A DNA stretch of 64,000 nt from Polyangiaceae bacterium (GTDB lineage Bacteria > Myxococcota_A > Polyangia > Polyangiales > Polyangiaceae): positions 8,555-72,554 of the forward strand of contig JBGANF010000029.1 of assembly GCA_044222475.1 (NCBI GenBank). Direction: 5' to 3'. Each line of letters opens with the position of its first letter. Positions within the stretch are counted from its first letter, which is position 1. Position numbers and translations under genes: made by a program. Below are positions 27,045 through 36,811 of this stretch, piece by piece. Below the pieces are notes generated by a model. The model saw only the letters and a program-made list of their open reading frames with translations. It did not search any database and was not told the DNA's origin.

Positions 27045-28506
27045 AGAAGCGCTTGGGTCCGGTCTCGGCGTCCCAGGCAAGCAGCTTGGCCACCGGGGCG
27101 CCGTTCTCGATGCGGATCACGAGGTGCGTCCTCGCGGCGCGGTAGTCGGTGGCCTCTTCGGAGGGCTCGTCTTCGGCCCACGAGCCGAGGTTGATGTACG
27201 TGGATGCGCCCTCGTTGACCGGGATGCGCGTCGGAATGTGGGTGTGACCCATCACGACGAACGCCGCCGGGAGGAGCCTCGCGAGGTGGGTCGCGCGATC
27301 GGCCATCTCGTCCGCGGGATCGACGTGCCGCGACGCCGAGAGGTGGCGGTGCGCCAGGAACCACGCGCCGAGGACGCCGAGGCCCGCCCAGAGGAAGTGC
27401 CCGTGGAACGCGCCGAGGATCGCGACCGCGGTGAGGAGGATCGACGCAGCGAGGGCCACCGCGAGACGATCGAGCAGGACGCTCGCGAGGATGCCGCGGA
27501 TCGATCGCGTGACCGGCATCGCCTGCATGGCCGCGAGCGCGCGGATGCGCTCACGGCCGATGCGCGTCGCTTCGGCGAGCAGCGCCATCCGTCGCTCGTG
27601 CTCGCTGCGCAGCGCGGTGGCGGCTTCGGAGAGGTGCTCCTGACGGAGCCGGAAGAGCTCGAGCACCGCGCGCGCGAACCGCAGCCCGAGCTTCGCCATC
27701 CCGCCGATGCCCTGCTTCGCGCCGAACGCGAGGTAGTAGCCGAGGCCGGTGTTCTCGTGACCGTGCTCGCGCATGCCGCGCGTGGGGCGAACGACGTGAC
27801 GAAGGAGCACGTCGCAGAAGCCGCGCGCCACGCGCCGCGGGTCGAACGGCGACAGCGGCGCCATCACGTGCTCGGTCACGCAGTACGGATCGTACTGGTG
27901 GCCGTGCTCGATGTACGCGACGCCGTTCCAGTAGAAGAACCACGGGTTGAACTCGATGCGATCGAGGAACGATCCGTCGAGCGCCGCGCCGCTCTTCGCT
28001 GCGCGTGCTTCGGCGTGACCGAGCAGGATCCGACGGAAGTCGCTCTTCACCTCGTCCCAGTGGAACTCGACGTCGTGGTTGCCGTGGACGACCGTCAGCG
28101 CGTGCCCTTCGGCGACGAACGCTGCGAGCGCCTCGAAGACGTCGCCGTGACGGTCGGCCACGCGGCGGAGCTTGATGCGCGCGTGATCGGACGCGTTGCC
28201 GAGGCCGTGCTCTTGCTCCTCCGCAGTGAGCTCGGTCGCGAGGTCTTCTTCGCCCGCGCCGACCGTGATCCCGATGAAGTCGATGAAGTCACCGGCGATC
28301 ACGATGCGCCAGCGATCGCCGGCGGGCGTCTCGGCCAGGTAGTGACGCAGCAGCTCGACGAGATCGCGATCGATCTTGTGCGAGCGCCGGACGACGTGCC
28401 CCGTGTCTCGGTCGTTGAGGTCACTCCCGAGGTGAACGTCGGAGAAGACCAGCAGACTCTCGTTCTTGGTTGGTGGAGCGATCGACGACACGGACCCTGC
28501 ATTCAA
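27019..28506 (-). CDS. Metallophosphoesterase (calcineurin-like)
   Basis: SDVHLG, AGDFID, GNHD, EHGHQYD, MGHTH, YINLGSW. Confidence 0.85.
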   Translation of the reverse strand: MNAGSVSSIAPPTKNESLLVFSDVHLGSDLNDRDTGHVVRRSHKIDRDLVELLRHYLAETPAGDRWRIVIAGDFIDFIGITVGAGEEDLATELTAEEQEHGLGNASDHARIKLRRVADRHGDVFEALAAFVAEGHALTVVHGNHDVEFHWDEVKSDFRRILLGHAEARAAKSGAALDGSFLDRIEFNPWFFYWNGVAYIEHGHQYDPYCVTEHVMAPLSPFDPRRVARGFCDVLLRHVVRPTRGMREHGHENTGLGYYLAFGAKQGIGGMAKLGLRFARAVLELFRLRQEHLSEAATALRSEHERRMALLAEATRIGRERIRALAAMQAMPVTRSIRGILASVLLDRLAVALAASILLTAVAILGAFHGHFLWAGLGVLGAWFLAHRHLSASRHVDPADEMADRATHLARLLPAAFVVMGHTHIPTRIPVNEGASTYINLGSWAEDEPSEEATDYRAARTHLVIRIENGAPVAKLLAWDAETGPKRFSMPPPPEA

Positions 28507-28567
28507 TGTGGATCGCCGCCGGGAAAAGGCGAGTCATCTTCGCGTCATCTGGAGCTACGATCGAAGG

Positions 28568-29620
28568 ATGCGCTCGCTGCCATGGCTCGTCTTGGTCATG
28601 GCGGCGTGCGGTGCGCGGACCGGCCTCGGTGTGGGCGTCGAACCCACCGACGGCGGGCGGGACGGTGGCGTCGATGGCGCACTGCGTGATGCGAGAGCCG
28701 ACGCGGCCCCGAACCCGTGTCCGCCTGCGCTCGTACCGACCGCGGTTTACGCCTTTTCGTCGGGCGGAATGGCGATCGCCCTCGCCCAAGACGAGACGTG
28801 GCTCTACGCGTTTCGCCACACCCCGAACACGAACGTCGGCGATCTCATCCGCGTCCCGAAATGCGGCGGACCGGAGACGAAGCTCGCCGGGGCGATCCCC
28901 ACTCCGTCGGCGATCGACGTCGACGCGACCCGGCTCTACTGGATCGAAGGCAACGCAGCATCGAAGGTCAGGGCGATGGCCAAGACCGGCGGCCCCATCG
29001 CGACGCTCGCCGACGTCGGCACGGTCCCGGTGCCGATGCTCGCGCTCCGCGGGAGCCGTCTCTACTACCAAGCCTCCACCAACGGGACCGACGTCTTCAT
29101 CCACGAGCTCGCGCTCGCCAACCAGGGGAGTGACGGCGGCATCCCGGATCGCACCATCGGACCGAGCTTCGGCTTCTTCGCGGTCGACGACACCTGGGTC
29201 TACACGCGCAGCAAGAGCCTGTGGCTCGGGGCCATCCCGATCGCGGGCGGCAACGTGACCGACCTCGCGGTGGCGCCGACCGGAGGACGGATCGCGGTCG
29301 ACGGCCCCGACGTCTACTTCACCGAGAACCCCAGCTTCAAGCAGGGCGAGGTCTGGCTGACGGGCATGGGCAGGCCCGCCAAGCGGGTGCGTCAGAAGCT
29401 CGACGTGCCGAGCGGTCTCGCCCTCGACGCGACCCACGTCTACGTCGCCGAGGCTGGCTTCGACGCCGGCACCGGTGTCGTGTCGCGAACGCCTCGCGCC
29501 GGCGGCGCCGTCGAGGTCCTCGCGAGCGCGCAGGACCAACCAGAGATCCTCGTCGTCGACGACTCGAGTCTCTATTGGCTGAACTACCGCGGGGCGATCA
29601 TGAAGCTCGACAAGCCCTAA
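28568..29620 (+). CDS. Lipoprotein with beta-propeller repeats
   Basis: LVMAAC-GARTGL; repeated (I/L)AVDxxxVYW units. Confidence 0.75.
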   Translation: MRSLPWLVLVMAACGARTGLGVGVEPTDGGRDGGVDGALRDARADAAPNPCPPALVPTAVYAFSSGGMAIALAQDETWLYAFRHTPNTNVGDLIRVPKCGGPETKLAGAIPTPSAIDVDATRLYWIEGNAASKVRAMAKTGGPIATLADVGTVPVPMLALRGSRLYYQASTNGTDVFIHELALANQGSDGGIPDRTIGPSFGFFAVDDTWVYTRSKSLWLGAIPIAGGNVTDLAVAPTGGRIAVDGPDVYFTENPSFKQGEVWLTGMGRPAKRVRQKLDVPSGLALDATHVYVAEAGFDAGTGVVSRTPRAGGAVEVLASAQDQPEILVVDDSSLYWLNYRGAIMKLDKP

Positions 29621-29629
29621 TGAGGAACG

Positions 29630-30190
29630 TCACGGCGCGCGAAAGCACCCGTCGACGTGGTCGTTCACCAGCCCGCACGCTTGCATGAACGCGTAGCAGA
29701 TCGTGGAGCCGACGAAGCGGAACCCTCGCTTCTTCAGGTCGCGACTCAGCGCGTCGGACTCGGGCGTGCTCGCTGGGATGTCGCGCATCGACTTTCGTCG
29801 CTTCCGCAGCGGCGCCCCGTTCACGAAACGCCACACGTACGCGTCGAACGAGCCGAGCTCCTTCTGGATCGCGAGGAACGCGCGCGCGTTCGTCACCGTC
29901 GACTCGATCTTCTGGCGGTGGCGGACGATGCCTTCGTCCTGCATCAAGCGATCGATCTTCTTCGCGTCGTACCGCGCGACCTTTTTCGGATCGAACCCCG
30001 AGAACGCTCTCTGGTAGTTCGCTCGCTTCTTCAGGATCGTCGTCCACGAGAGGCCCGCCTGCGCGCCCTCGAGCGTCAGAAACTCGAAGAGCTTGCGGTC
30101 GTCGTGAACCGGCACGCCCCACTCTTCGTCGTGGTAGCGATCGTTCGGAGGCTCGGCCGCCCAGCCGCAGCGAACGCGCGGCTTCAGCAC
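29630..30190 (-). CDS. tag: DNA-3-methyladenine glycosylase I
   Basis: RCGW, YHDEEWG, LEGAQAGLSW, FVGSTICYAFMQACGLVNDH. Confidence 0.95.
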   Translation of the reverse strand: MLKPRVRCGWAAEPPNDRYHDEEWGVPVHDDRKLFEFLTLEGAQAGLSWTTILKKRANYQRAFSGFDPKKVARYDAKKIDRLMQDEGIVRHRQKIESTVTNARAFLAIQKELGSFDAYVWRFVNGAPLRKRRKSMRDIPASTPESDALSRDLKKRGFRFVGSTICYAFMQACGLVNDHVDGCFRAP

Positions 30191-30230
30191 GTGTGCCCTT
30201 CGGGCCGTCGGTCCGCCTTCCGGCGGGCCC

Positions 30231-32759
30231 TCAATCCGCGCTCCCGGACTCGTCCTCGACGCTGACCCACTCGAGGCGCGCCATCGGGATGTCCTTCGAG
30301 TAGACGACCACCGGCGCGAGAGCGCGGGCGATCTCCTTCACTTGGATCGGCAGCCCTTCGATCGAGATGGGCGAGCCCGCGGCGCCGAGGCCGCCGGCTT
30401 CGAGCACGGTCTCGAGGAGGGTCTTCTCGATCACCGGCACTTCCATGATCGGGCAGTCGCTCGGGAGACCGCCGAGCCTGCGCGCTTCTTCGAGCGCCTC
30501 GCGGATGCCGCCGAGCTTGTCCACGAGGTGATGGTCCAGCGCCTGCTGTCCGGCCCACACGCGACCCTGACCGACGGCGTCGACCTGCTCCTTCGTCATG
30601 TGACGGCCCTGCGAGACGCGATCGAGGAACACGTCGTAGAACTGGCCGACCTTGCGCTGGAGCTCTTTCTGCTCTTCCTCGGTGAAGCCTCGGAAGAACG
30701 ACTCGGCGTCGGCTCGCGGCGCGGTGCGGAAGGTGTCGACGTTGACGCCGATCTTCGTGAGGAGCTGGCTCGCGTCGGCCTTGCCGTAGAAGATGCCGAT
30801 CGATCCGGTGACGGTGAGCGGCAAGGCGTAGATCTCCTTGCCGGCCGTAGCGATGTAGTACCCACCGCTCGCCGCGACCGACCCCATCGACACGACGACC
30901 GGCTTCCTCTCCGCGAGGTTCCGGATCTCGCGCCACATGACGTCGGCCGCCATCGACGATCCGCCGGGGCTCTCGATGCGGAGGACGACGGACTTGACCG
31001 TCGGGTCGTCCCTGAGTGCCTTCGCGGTGTCGGCGATCGTGTAGCTGCCGACGAGCTTCATGTCGAGGATGGGGATCTTCTGCGAGCGACCGTCGACCAT
31101 GTCGCCGTCGACGTAGAGGATGGCGACCTTGCTCTGAGGGCCGAAGGACTTCGGCGCGAGGTCGTCCGACTCGTACTTCTTCACCGAGACCGAGCGGCCG
31201 ATCATCTCGCGGGTGGCGCGATCGAGCTCGTCGTCGAACGCGGTCGCGTCGACGAACTTCGCTTCGATCGCCTCTTTGGCGACGAACGGACCCTTCGCGG
31301 TCGCCGCGCGGATGTCCTCTTCCTTGAGCTTTCGCCCCACCGAGAGGTTCTTCACGAACACCGCCTCGACGTTGCGGAGGAGGTCTTCGTGATCGGCGGC
31401 GGCGACGTCGCTTCCGTGCTCGTTGGTGAACTGCTCGGGCGCGCTCTTGTGGGCGCCGATGCGGACGAACTCGGCCTTGATGCCGAGCTTGCCGAGCAAC
31501 CCGGCGAGGTAGATGTACTGCGATCGCAGACCGGCGTAGCGCACGCCGCCGGCGGGGTTCACGACGATGCGGTCGGCGTTGGCGCAGACGTAGAGCGACT
31601 TGGCGCCGTTGTCCTCGAAGCTGCAGAGGACCTTCTTGCCGCGCGAGCGGATGACGCGCAGCGCGTCGGCGAGCTCTTCGGCGTGGGCGTAGCTCGACGC
31701 GGGCTCGGCGCGGAGCACGAGCTCGAGGCCGGAGATGTTCGGCGCGTCGGCGATGGCCCACAGCTTCTGGAGCAGGTGCACGTGGCCGCGCGTGCCCGGC
31801 GTGGTCTCGATGCGGATGGACACGGCGCGCCCCGGATCGGGGATGCCGGGGTTCTTGTATCCTGCAATCGACAGCGTGCCGTACTCGCCGACGCCCTCGC
31901 CGCCGAGTCCGCCGCCGAACATCGCACCGGCGCCGGCCGTAGCGGGGCCGAGCGCGATCTCGAGACCGGCGGTGCCGTAGTAGCTGCGGCGCGCGTCGTT
32001 GCCGAGGTCGTTGATGACGAACTCGCCGCGAACGCGACCGACGCCGGGCACGTCGACCGCGGCGGTGGCGCGCGGCAGCCACGCGTCGTTGGCGGTCCCG
32101 GCGGACCCCTCTTTGTATTGGAGCTCCAGGCCGATCTCGACGACGCGGCGACCCGTCGGACGGAACGCGCTCGAGAGGACCCAGCTGCGATCGAGGATGG
32201 GCTGCCCGTTGGGGAACGGAGCCACCGACGCGCGGGTGAAATCCTGAGCGACGAGCGCGAACGCGATGTGCGGATCGGGCCGGAAGCTCGCGCCGGCCGA
32301 GAGGCCGAACATGCCGTCGGTCACCGGGTTCGACGAGAAGCTCCGCTGGATCGACGCGCCGAACGCGAACACGTCGGACAGTCGGTAGGCGAGGGCCCAC
32401 GTGAGCCACCCGTACGGCGTGGCGCCGTAGAGCGGACCCGCGCTGATCGGCGGGAGCGCGTAGTCGACGCGGAGGCCGGTCGAGAGGCCGAAGATCACTG
32501 GCGTCGCCGCGGAGAGCGCGTGACCGCAGTTCACCTTGGACGTGTCGGTGCAGCGCACGCCGTCCCAGCGGACCTCCCAGCTGGGGAGGTACGCGAGGTT
32601 CGCGGGGTTGAGCCGGATCGCTTCGCTCGTGTCGTCGCTCGCGGCGTTGCGGCCGACCGCGTCGAGGCGCTCGGCGCGTTGGGGGAGCGGATCGGCGAAC
32701 GCCGTGCTCGAAGCACACGCTGCGAGGACCGAAAGGAGAACGGTGGATCGTGTTCGCAT
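30231..32759 (-). CDS. sppA: Signal peptide peptidase SppA (tandem S49 domains) with large N-terminal extension
   Basis: IGAHKSAPE, LRIESPGG, SMGSVAASGGYY, TGSIGIF, GRVWAG, LVDKLGG. Confidence 0.9.
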   Translation of the reverse strand: MRTRSTVLLSVLAACASSTAFADPLPQRAERLDAVGRNAASDDTSEAIRLNPANLAYLPSWEVRWDGVRCTDTSKVNCGHALSAATPVIFGLSTGLRVDYALPPISAGPLYGATPYGWLTWALAYRLSDVFAFGASIQRSFSSNPVTDGMFGLSAGASFRPDPHIAFALVAQDFTRASVAPFPNGQPILDRSWVLSSAFRPTGRRVVEIGLELQYKEGSAGTANDAWLPRATAAVDVPGVGRVRGEFVINDLGNDARRSYYGTAGLEIALGPATAGAGAMFGGGLGGEGVGEYGTLSIAGYKNPGIPDPGRAVSIRIETTPGTRGHVHLLQKLWAIADAPNISGLELVLRAEPASSYAHAEELADALRVIRSRGKKVLCSFEDNGAKSLYVCANADRIVVNPAGGVRYAGLRSQYIYLAGLLGKLGIKAEFVRIGAHKSAPEQFTNEHGSDVAAADHEDLLRNVEAVFVKNLSVGRKLKEEDIRAATAKGPFVAKEAIEAKFVDATAFDDELDRATREMIGRSVSVKKYESDDLAPKSFGPQSKVAILYVDGDMVDGRSQKIPILDMKLVGSYTIADTAKALRDDPTVKSVVLRIESPGGSSMAADVMWREIRNLAERKPVVVSMGSVAASGGYYIATAGKEIYALPLTVTGSIGIFYGKADASQLLTKIGVNVDTFRTAPRADAESFFRGFTEEEQKELQRKVGQFYDVFLDRVSQGRHMTKEQVDAVGQGRVWAGQQALDHHLVDKLGGIREALEEARRLGGLPSDCPIMEVPVIEKTLLETVLEAGGLGAAGSPISIEGLPIQVKEIARALAPVVVYSKDIPMARLEWVSVEDESGSAD

Positions 32760-32770
32760 GATTCTGCCTC

Positions 32771-33271
32771 TCAGACGAGCGTCGCCAGGTCGCGGAGCGT
32801 CGCCGCTTCCGCTTCGAACGTCTTTCGGATTTCGCCCAGGATCGCGCGCTCGGCGACGCCCTTCACGATGCGCACGCGCAGGTCGAGGTCGCCTTTGACG
32901 ACGCGACGGGTCTGCGCGCTTCCCGTGGCTTGGAGCTCGTACGTGCCCTCGGCGTGGAAGTATTTCATCCACTCCGGCTTCACGTGCACCTGCCAGTGGG
33001 CCATGTGCTTGTCGAGCTCGTAGCGCGAGATCTCGTCCCACGAGAGCATCTCGCGGGTGACGACCTTCTTGGCGAAGACGGGGACCTTCACGTTGGCCTG
33101 ATAGGCCCACACGCGATCGAGGATGCCGTCCTTCAGGACGTGCTGCTTCTGCCGTACCTCCTCCATGTTGGTCAGCCGCGTGCGGAGACGCGAGAAGAGG
33201 TCGGGGGAGATGACCGCGAGCTCGATGGCGTCGCGGGGGATCTCGAAATCGTGGGCGATCTCGAAGTGCAC
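32771..33271 (-). CDS. DUF2505/START-like fold protein
   Basis: Size and pattern MHFEIAHDF...GDLDLRVRIV...AERAI. Confidence 0.55.
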   Translation of the reverse strand: MHFEIAHDFEIPRDAIELAVISPDLFSRLRTRLTNMEEVRQKQHVLKDGILDRVWAYQANVKVPVFAKKVVTREMLSWDEISRYELDKHMAHWQVHVKPEWMKYFHAEGTYELQATGSAQTRRVVKGDLDLRVRIVKGVAERAILGEIRKTFEAEAATLRDLATLV

Positions 33272-33318
33272 GGGGGTCCCAGCCTAGTACGCCGGCGCCC
33301 GTGAATCACGGAAAACGC

Positions 33319-35544
33319 TCAGTTCGGCTGCTTCGTCGCGCAGCGGCCGTTGATGCAGTCGAGCGACGTTCCGCAGCAATCCGCCGCGGTCGTGCATTTC
33401 TCGAACTCGACCGCGCACGACGGCGGAACCTGCGTACAGGTGAGCCCGCCGTCTGCCGTACTGCGGCAGTAGCCGCCGCAGCACTCGTCGCCGGTCTCGC
33501 ACGAGTTGCCGTCGTTCTTGCAGGGATCGACGACCCAGAAGCCGCGCGAGTTGCCCGCGAGGAGCTCCTGCGCGGGGAGGTAGAACGCGGGGTGGCTCGG
33601 GTCGGTGCCGGGCGGCGCGTTCAGATCGATCGCCGCGACCCAGAGCTTCTTCGGCGTCGGCTTGGTGCTGATGTCGTGGAAGCGCGGATCGCTCCAGAAC
33701 GGGTTGATCGTCGCGACGTTGCCGTAGAGGCGGCGCGACGTGAAGACGACCCAGGCATACCCGCCCGACGGGACCGGGTTCACGGTCGGCTCGTAGTTGA
33801 GCGTCGTGTCGTCGCCGTGGGCGTTCGGGCCAGTGGGCACGTGGCCGAGGCCGTTCGCCTTGTCGAGGCGGGTGACGGTCTTCGTCTTGAGGTCGACCCA
33901 GTAGAGCTGCGCGTGGGTACCCACGTCGCTGCAGCCGCCGGACGAGTCGCAGTTGGAGCGCGTTCCGGCGTAGTCGCGACCGTTGAAGACGGTCTCGAGC
34001 TGGAACACGATGGCGTCGTTCGTCGGGAGGAACGACGGCCACCAGTCGGTGGTGCCCGCCTGCGGCGTGTGGAGCTTGTCGACCGCGCCGAACGTCGACG
34101 GTGCCGTGAAGTCCATGTACGCGAGCGACCTCCCGTCACCGGCGGGGCCGGCGAAGTAGTTGAACGCGACGTGCTTGCCGTCGGGCGAGAACGCCGGCGT
34201 CCCCGCGCGGAGCCCGGCGGGCAGACCGGTCGACGCGATCGTCGTACCGGACGGGAGCGCGTAGAGCTGGCTCGCCAGCGCGGACGAGCCCGGCAGGGGC
34301 GCGGCATTGGAGAACATCTTCGTCCCGTCCGGGAAGATCCCGGGCCACGCGAAGCGCCCGTCGGCCGGGTTGATCGCGGTCTCGACGTTGTTGTTCTTCA
34401 GGTTCACGTGCATCGACAGGTTGTAGTTGTTGCCGTTCTGCGTCACGAGCATCGAGCCGTCGGCGGCGACGCTGTGGCACACGCGGCAGTTCGTGTCGTT
34501 GCCCGAGACCAGCACCGGCCCGGTCGAGTCGCCGCGGATCGCGAGGGTCGCGCCGCCGAACTTCGGACCGTTGATGGTGCAGCAGTAGTTCTTCGCGAGG
34601 TTCGTCCCGTACGAGTTGTAATAGACGGTGCCCTTCAGCGTGCCGTTCGCGATCTTCCACTTCTCCTTGATCGGACCGTATGCCGCGTTGCCCTTGGCGA
34701 ACGTGAGCTCGACGTTCACGTCCTCGCCTCCGTTCGAGTAGGCGAGCGCCTTCCACGCGGCCTGCGGGATCGGGTGGTGGATGAACGGCGTCGCCGTCTT
34801 CGCGAAGTAGCCTTTGTATTCGAACGCGGTCTCGGTGATGTGGATGTAGACCGCGTCGTAGTCGGTCTGGGCGCCCGGCTGCCACATCATGAGCGGCGCG
34901 AGGATGCCGCGCGGCCACACGGTCGCGTCGTAGGGGTAGAGCCACGCGAGCCCCGGATCCGCGGTGGTCGCGCCGGTGAGCACAGCGATCGTGCCGTTCG
35001 AGACGGGCTGTCCGGGGCCTTCTCCGCCGACGCCGCCGTTGCCGCCCGCGCCGCCCGAGTCGACGCCGCCGTCGGTCGGCTGCGCGCCGTTCTCTTCCCA
35101 CTTGAGGTTCACGGTGACCGGAGTCGACGCGAGCTTGCCCTGGTACGACGCCGTGACCGTGCCCTTGCCGCCGAGGGTGCCCTTCGGCGTGAAGACGCCG
35201 GTCGTGGTGCTCAGGCTCGCGAGCTCACCGCGATCGAGCGACCACGACGCCGCGACGGCCTTGCCGTCGTAGTAGGCCTGGTACGTGATCGACGGAGCCG
35301 GCTTGCCGTAGTCGACGTTGACGACCGCGTTGAGCGGCGTGATCGTGAGGCCGGCAGCGTCGGGGTTGCCGATCCCACCGTCGGTGTCGAACGGGTTGCC
35401 CCGGTCGTCCGTGATGGACGAGTCGTTGTCGCCGCCGTCGAGGTTGTTGAACTGACTCGTGTCCTCTTCGGTGCCGCAGGCGGCGAACGCCGCGGCCACG
35501 AGGGCGACGAGGAGAACCAGGAGCGCGCGGTAGCGGGTGAGCAT
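33319..35544 (-). CDS. TolB-like beta-propeller lipoprotein with Cys-rich C-terminus
   Basis: Lipobox AAFAAC; YPYDATVWP, PAFSPDGK, WVVFTSRRLYG, KKLWVAAID, C-terminal CC repeats. Confidence 0.8.
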   Translation of the reverse strand: MLTRYRALLVLLVALVAAAFAACGTEEDTSQFNNLDGGDNDSSITDDRGNPFDTDGGIGNPDAAGLTITPLNAVVNVDYGKPAPSITYQAYYDGKAVAASWSLDRGELASLSTTTGVFTPKGTLGGKGTVTASYQGKLASTPVTVNLKWEENGAQPTDGGVDSGGAGGNGGVGGEGPGQPVSNGTIAVLTGATTADPGLAWLYPYDATVWPRGILAPLMMWQPGAQTDYDAVYIHITETAFEYKGYFAKTATPFIHHPIPQAAWKALAYSNGGEDVNVELTFAKGNAAYGPIKEKWKIANGTLKGTVYYNSYGTNLAKNYCCTINGPKFGGATLAIRGDSTGPVLVSGNDTNCRVCHSVAADGSMLVTQNGNNYNLSMHVNLKNNNVETAINPADGRFAWPGIFPDGTKMFSNAAPLPGSSALASQLYALPSGTTIASTGLPAGLRAGTPAFSPDGKHVAFNYFAGPAGDGRSLAYMDFTAPSTFGAVDKLHTPQAGTTDWWPSFLPTNDAIVFQLETVFNGRDYAGTRSNCDSSGGCSDVGTHAQLYWVDLKTKTVTRLDKANGLGHVPTGPNAHGDDTTLNYEPTVNPVPSGGYAWVVFTSRRLYGNVATINPFWSDPRFHDISTKPTPKKLWVAAIDLNAPPGTDPSHPAFYLPAQELLAGNSRGFWVVDPCKNDGNSCETGDECCGGYCRSTADGGLTCTQVPPSCAVEFEKCTTAADCCGTSLDCINGRCATKQPN

Positions 35545-35574
35545 GAGGGGCCTCCGGCCGGACCCCTCAGAGTA

Positions 35575-36615
35575 TCACCCGTCGGCGGGGTTCGTCAGCT
35601 TTCGGGACCACAGGATGGCGTCCTTGCGGGTGGCGCCAGGTCCCGTGCCGATCGAGATGTGGTTGATGAGGAGCCCGGTGCGACGGAAGCCGTTCATCAC
35701 GAACGCCGTCGCGAGCGCGAGGTCGTCACTCGGGGCGAGCGCGAAGCATCCGACGACGTCGGCCGCGAGGAGCTTCTCGCACAGGGCGCGCACGGCGGAC
35801 ACGATGCAGATCTTCTCCGCGTCGGTCTTCGGTGCGGTGAGCATCTCGAGGTAGGCGTTGCCGAAGCAGGCCTGCGACTCCGTCGACACGATGAGCTCGT
35901 ACGGGGTGCTCTTGTACTTGCTCGTGACCGAGTAGTAGCGGCGCTCTGCGTCGCGACCGAACGGCTCGAACGCGGTCAGGGCGGTGCCCGCCTTGAGCGC
36001 GGCGGCGAGCGGCTTCTTCGTGTCGCTCTCCTTGATCTCGGTGATGGCGACCTTGACGCTCGGGATCGCCTTCGCCGGCGAGTCCTTCGCGTCCTTCGCG
36101 CGCTTCTTCGCTTGGGCGATGGTGCGCTCCGCGAGATCCTGGGCGCGCGTGTCGATCGGGCTCGCCTCTTCCTCGGGATCGATGTCGTCCGAGAGGTCGT
36201 CGTTGGCGTGGATCGCGTACGTGTCGTCGGTGACGTTCGGACGCAGCGCGATGCGCATCTCGCTGGTGCGCTGCTGGCGCTGGGCCGCTTCCTGAGCGGT
36301 GTGCACGTTGCAGCCGAGGAGGAACGCGTCGCTCCGCTTGTAGAAGCCCGGGATGTTCCCCTCGCGCGCGAAGCCGAGGCGCACCCACGTGTTCACCTCG
36401 TCGCGTTCGACGAGCGTGTAGATCTTTTCGACGCCTTCACGCTGCGCGATCGAGAGGACGAACATGCGCTTCGCGTCGCTCGGCCCCGCTCGGAAATCGA
36501 TGACGCGCATCGTCTTGGCGCGTCGGTTCATCATCATGCAGACCGAGACCGCGTCGTTCCGGAAGAACATCTCCTCGACGGGTTTTTGCTGTTGCCCCCA
36601 CGCTTTCGCAGCCAT
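35575..36615 (-). CDS. Tandem GNAT-fold-like protein (AblB/YodP-like N-domain)
   Basis: KIYTLV...LGFAREGNIPGFY and a second ...NGFRRTGLLINH...DAILW motif. Confidence 0.5.
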   Translation of the reverse strand: MAAKAWGQQQKPVEEMFFRNDAVSVCMMMNRRAKTMRVIDFRAGPSDAKRMFVLSIAQREGVEKIYTLVERDEVNTWVRLGFAREGNIPGFYKRSDAFLLGCNVHTAQEAAQRQQRTSEMRIALRPNVTDDTYAIHANDDLSDDIDPEEEASPIDTRAQDLAERTIAQAKKRAKDAKDSPAKAIPSVKVAITEIKESDTKKPLAAALKAGTALTAFEPFGRDAERRYYSVTSKYKSTPYELIVSTESQACFGNAYLEMLTAPKTDAEKICIVSAVRALCEKLLAADVVGCFALAPSDDLALATAFVMNGFRRTGLLINHISIGTGPGATRKDAILWSRKLTNPADG

Positions 36616-36811
36616 GTCACTCACCCCTCAGACCAGACCTGGGTTTCAAAAGTGAAACGCGAGTACCACGGTCCGCAAGAGGGGGCAATGGTCGAGTGAC
36701 GTTTCCCTTTGGCGATTCGGTGACGAGTTTCGGGACCTTAGGCACCATTGTTCGCGCGGAAGCTCGGGCGGTTTTCCCCAAAGCTTCCACGGGTTGCAAA
36801 GGTGAAATTCG

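Noticed and set aside
33301..36699. 1132-aa plus-strand ORF
   Set aside because: Antisense shadow of the TolB-like and GNAT-like genes
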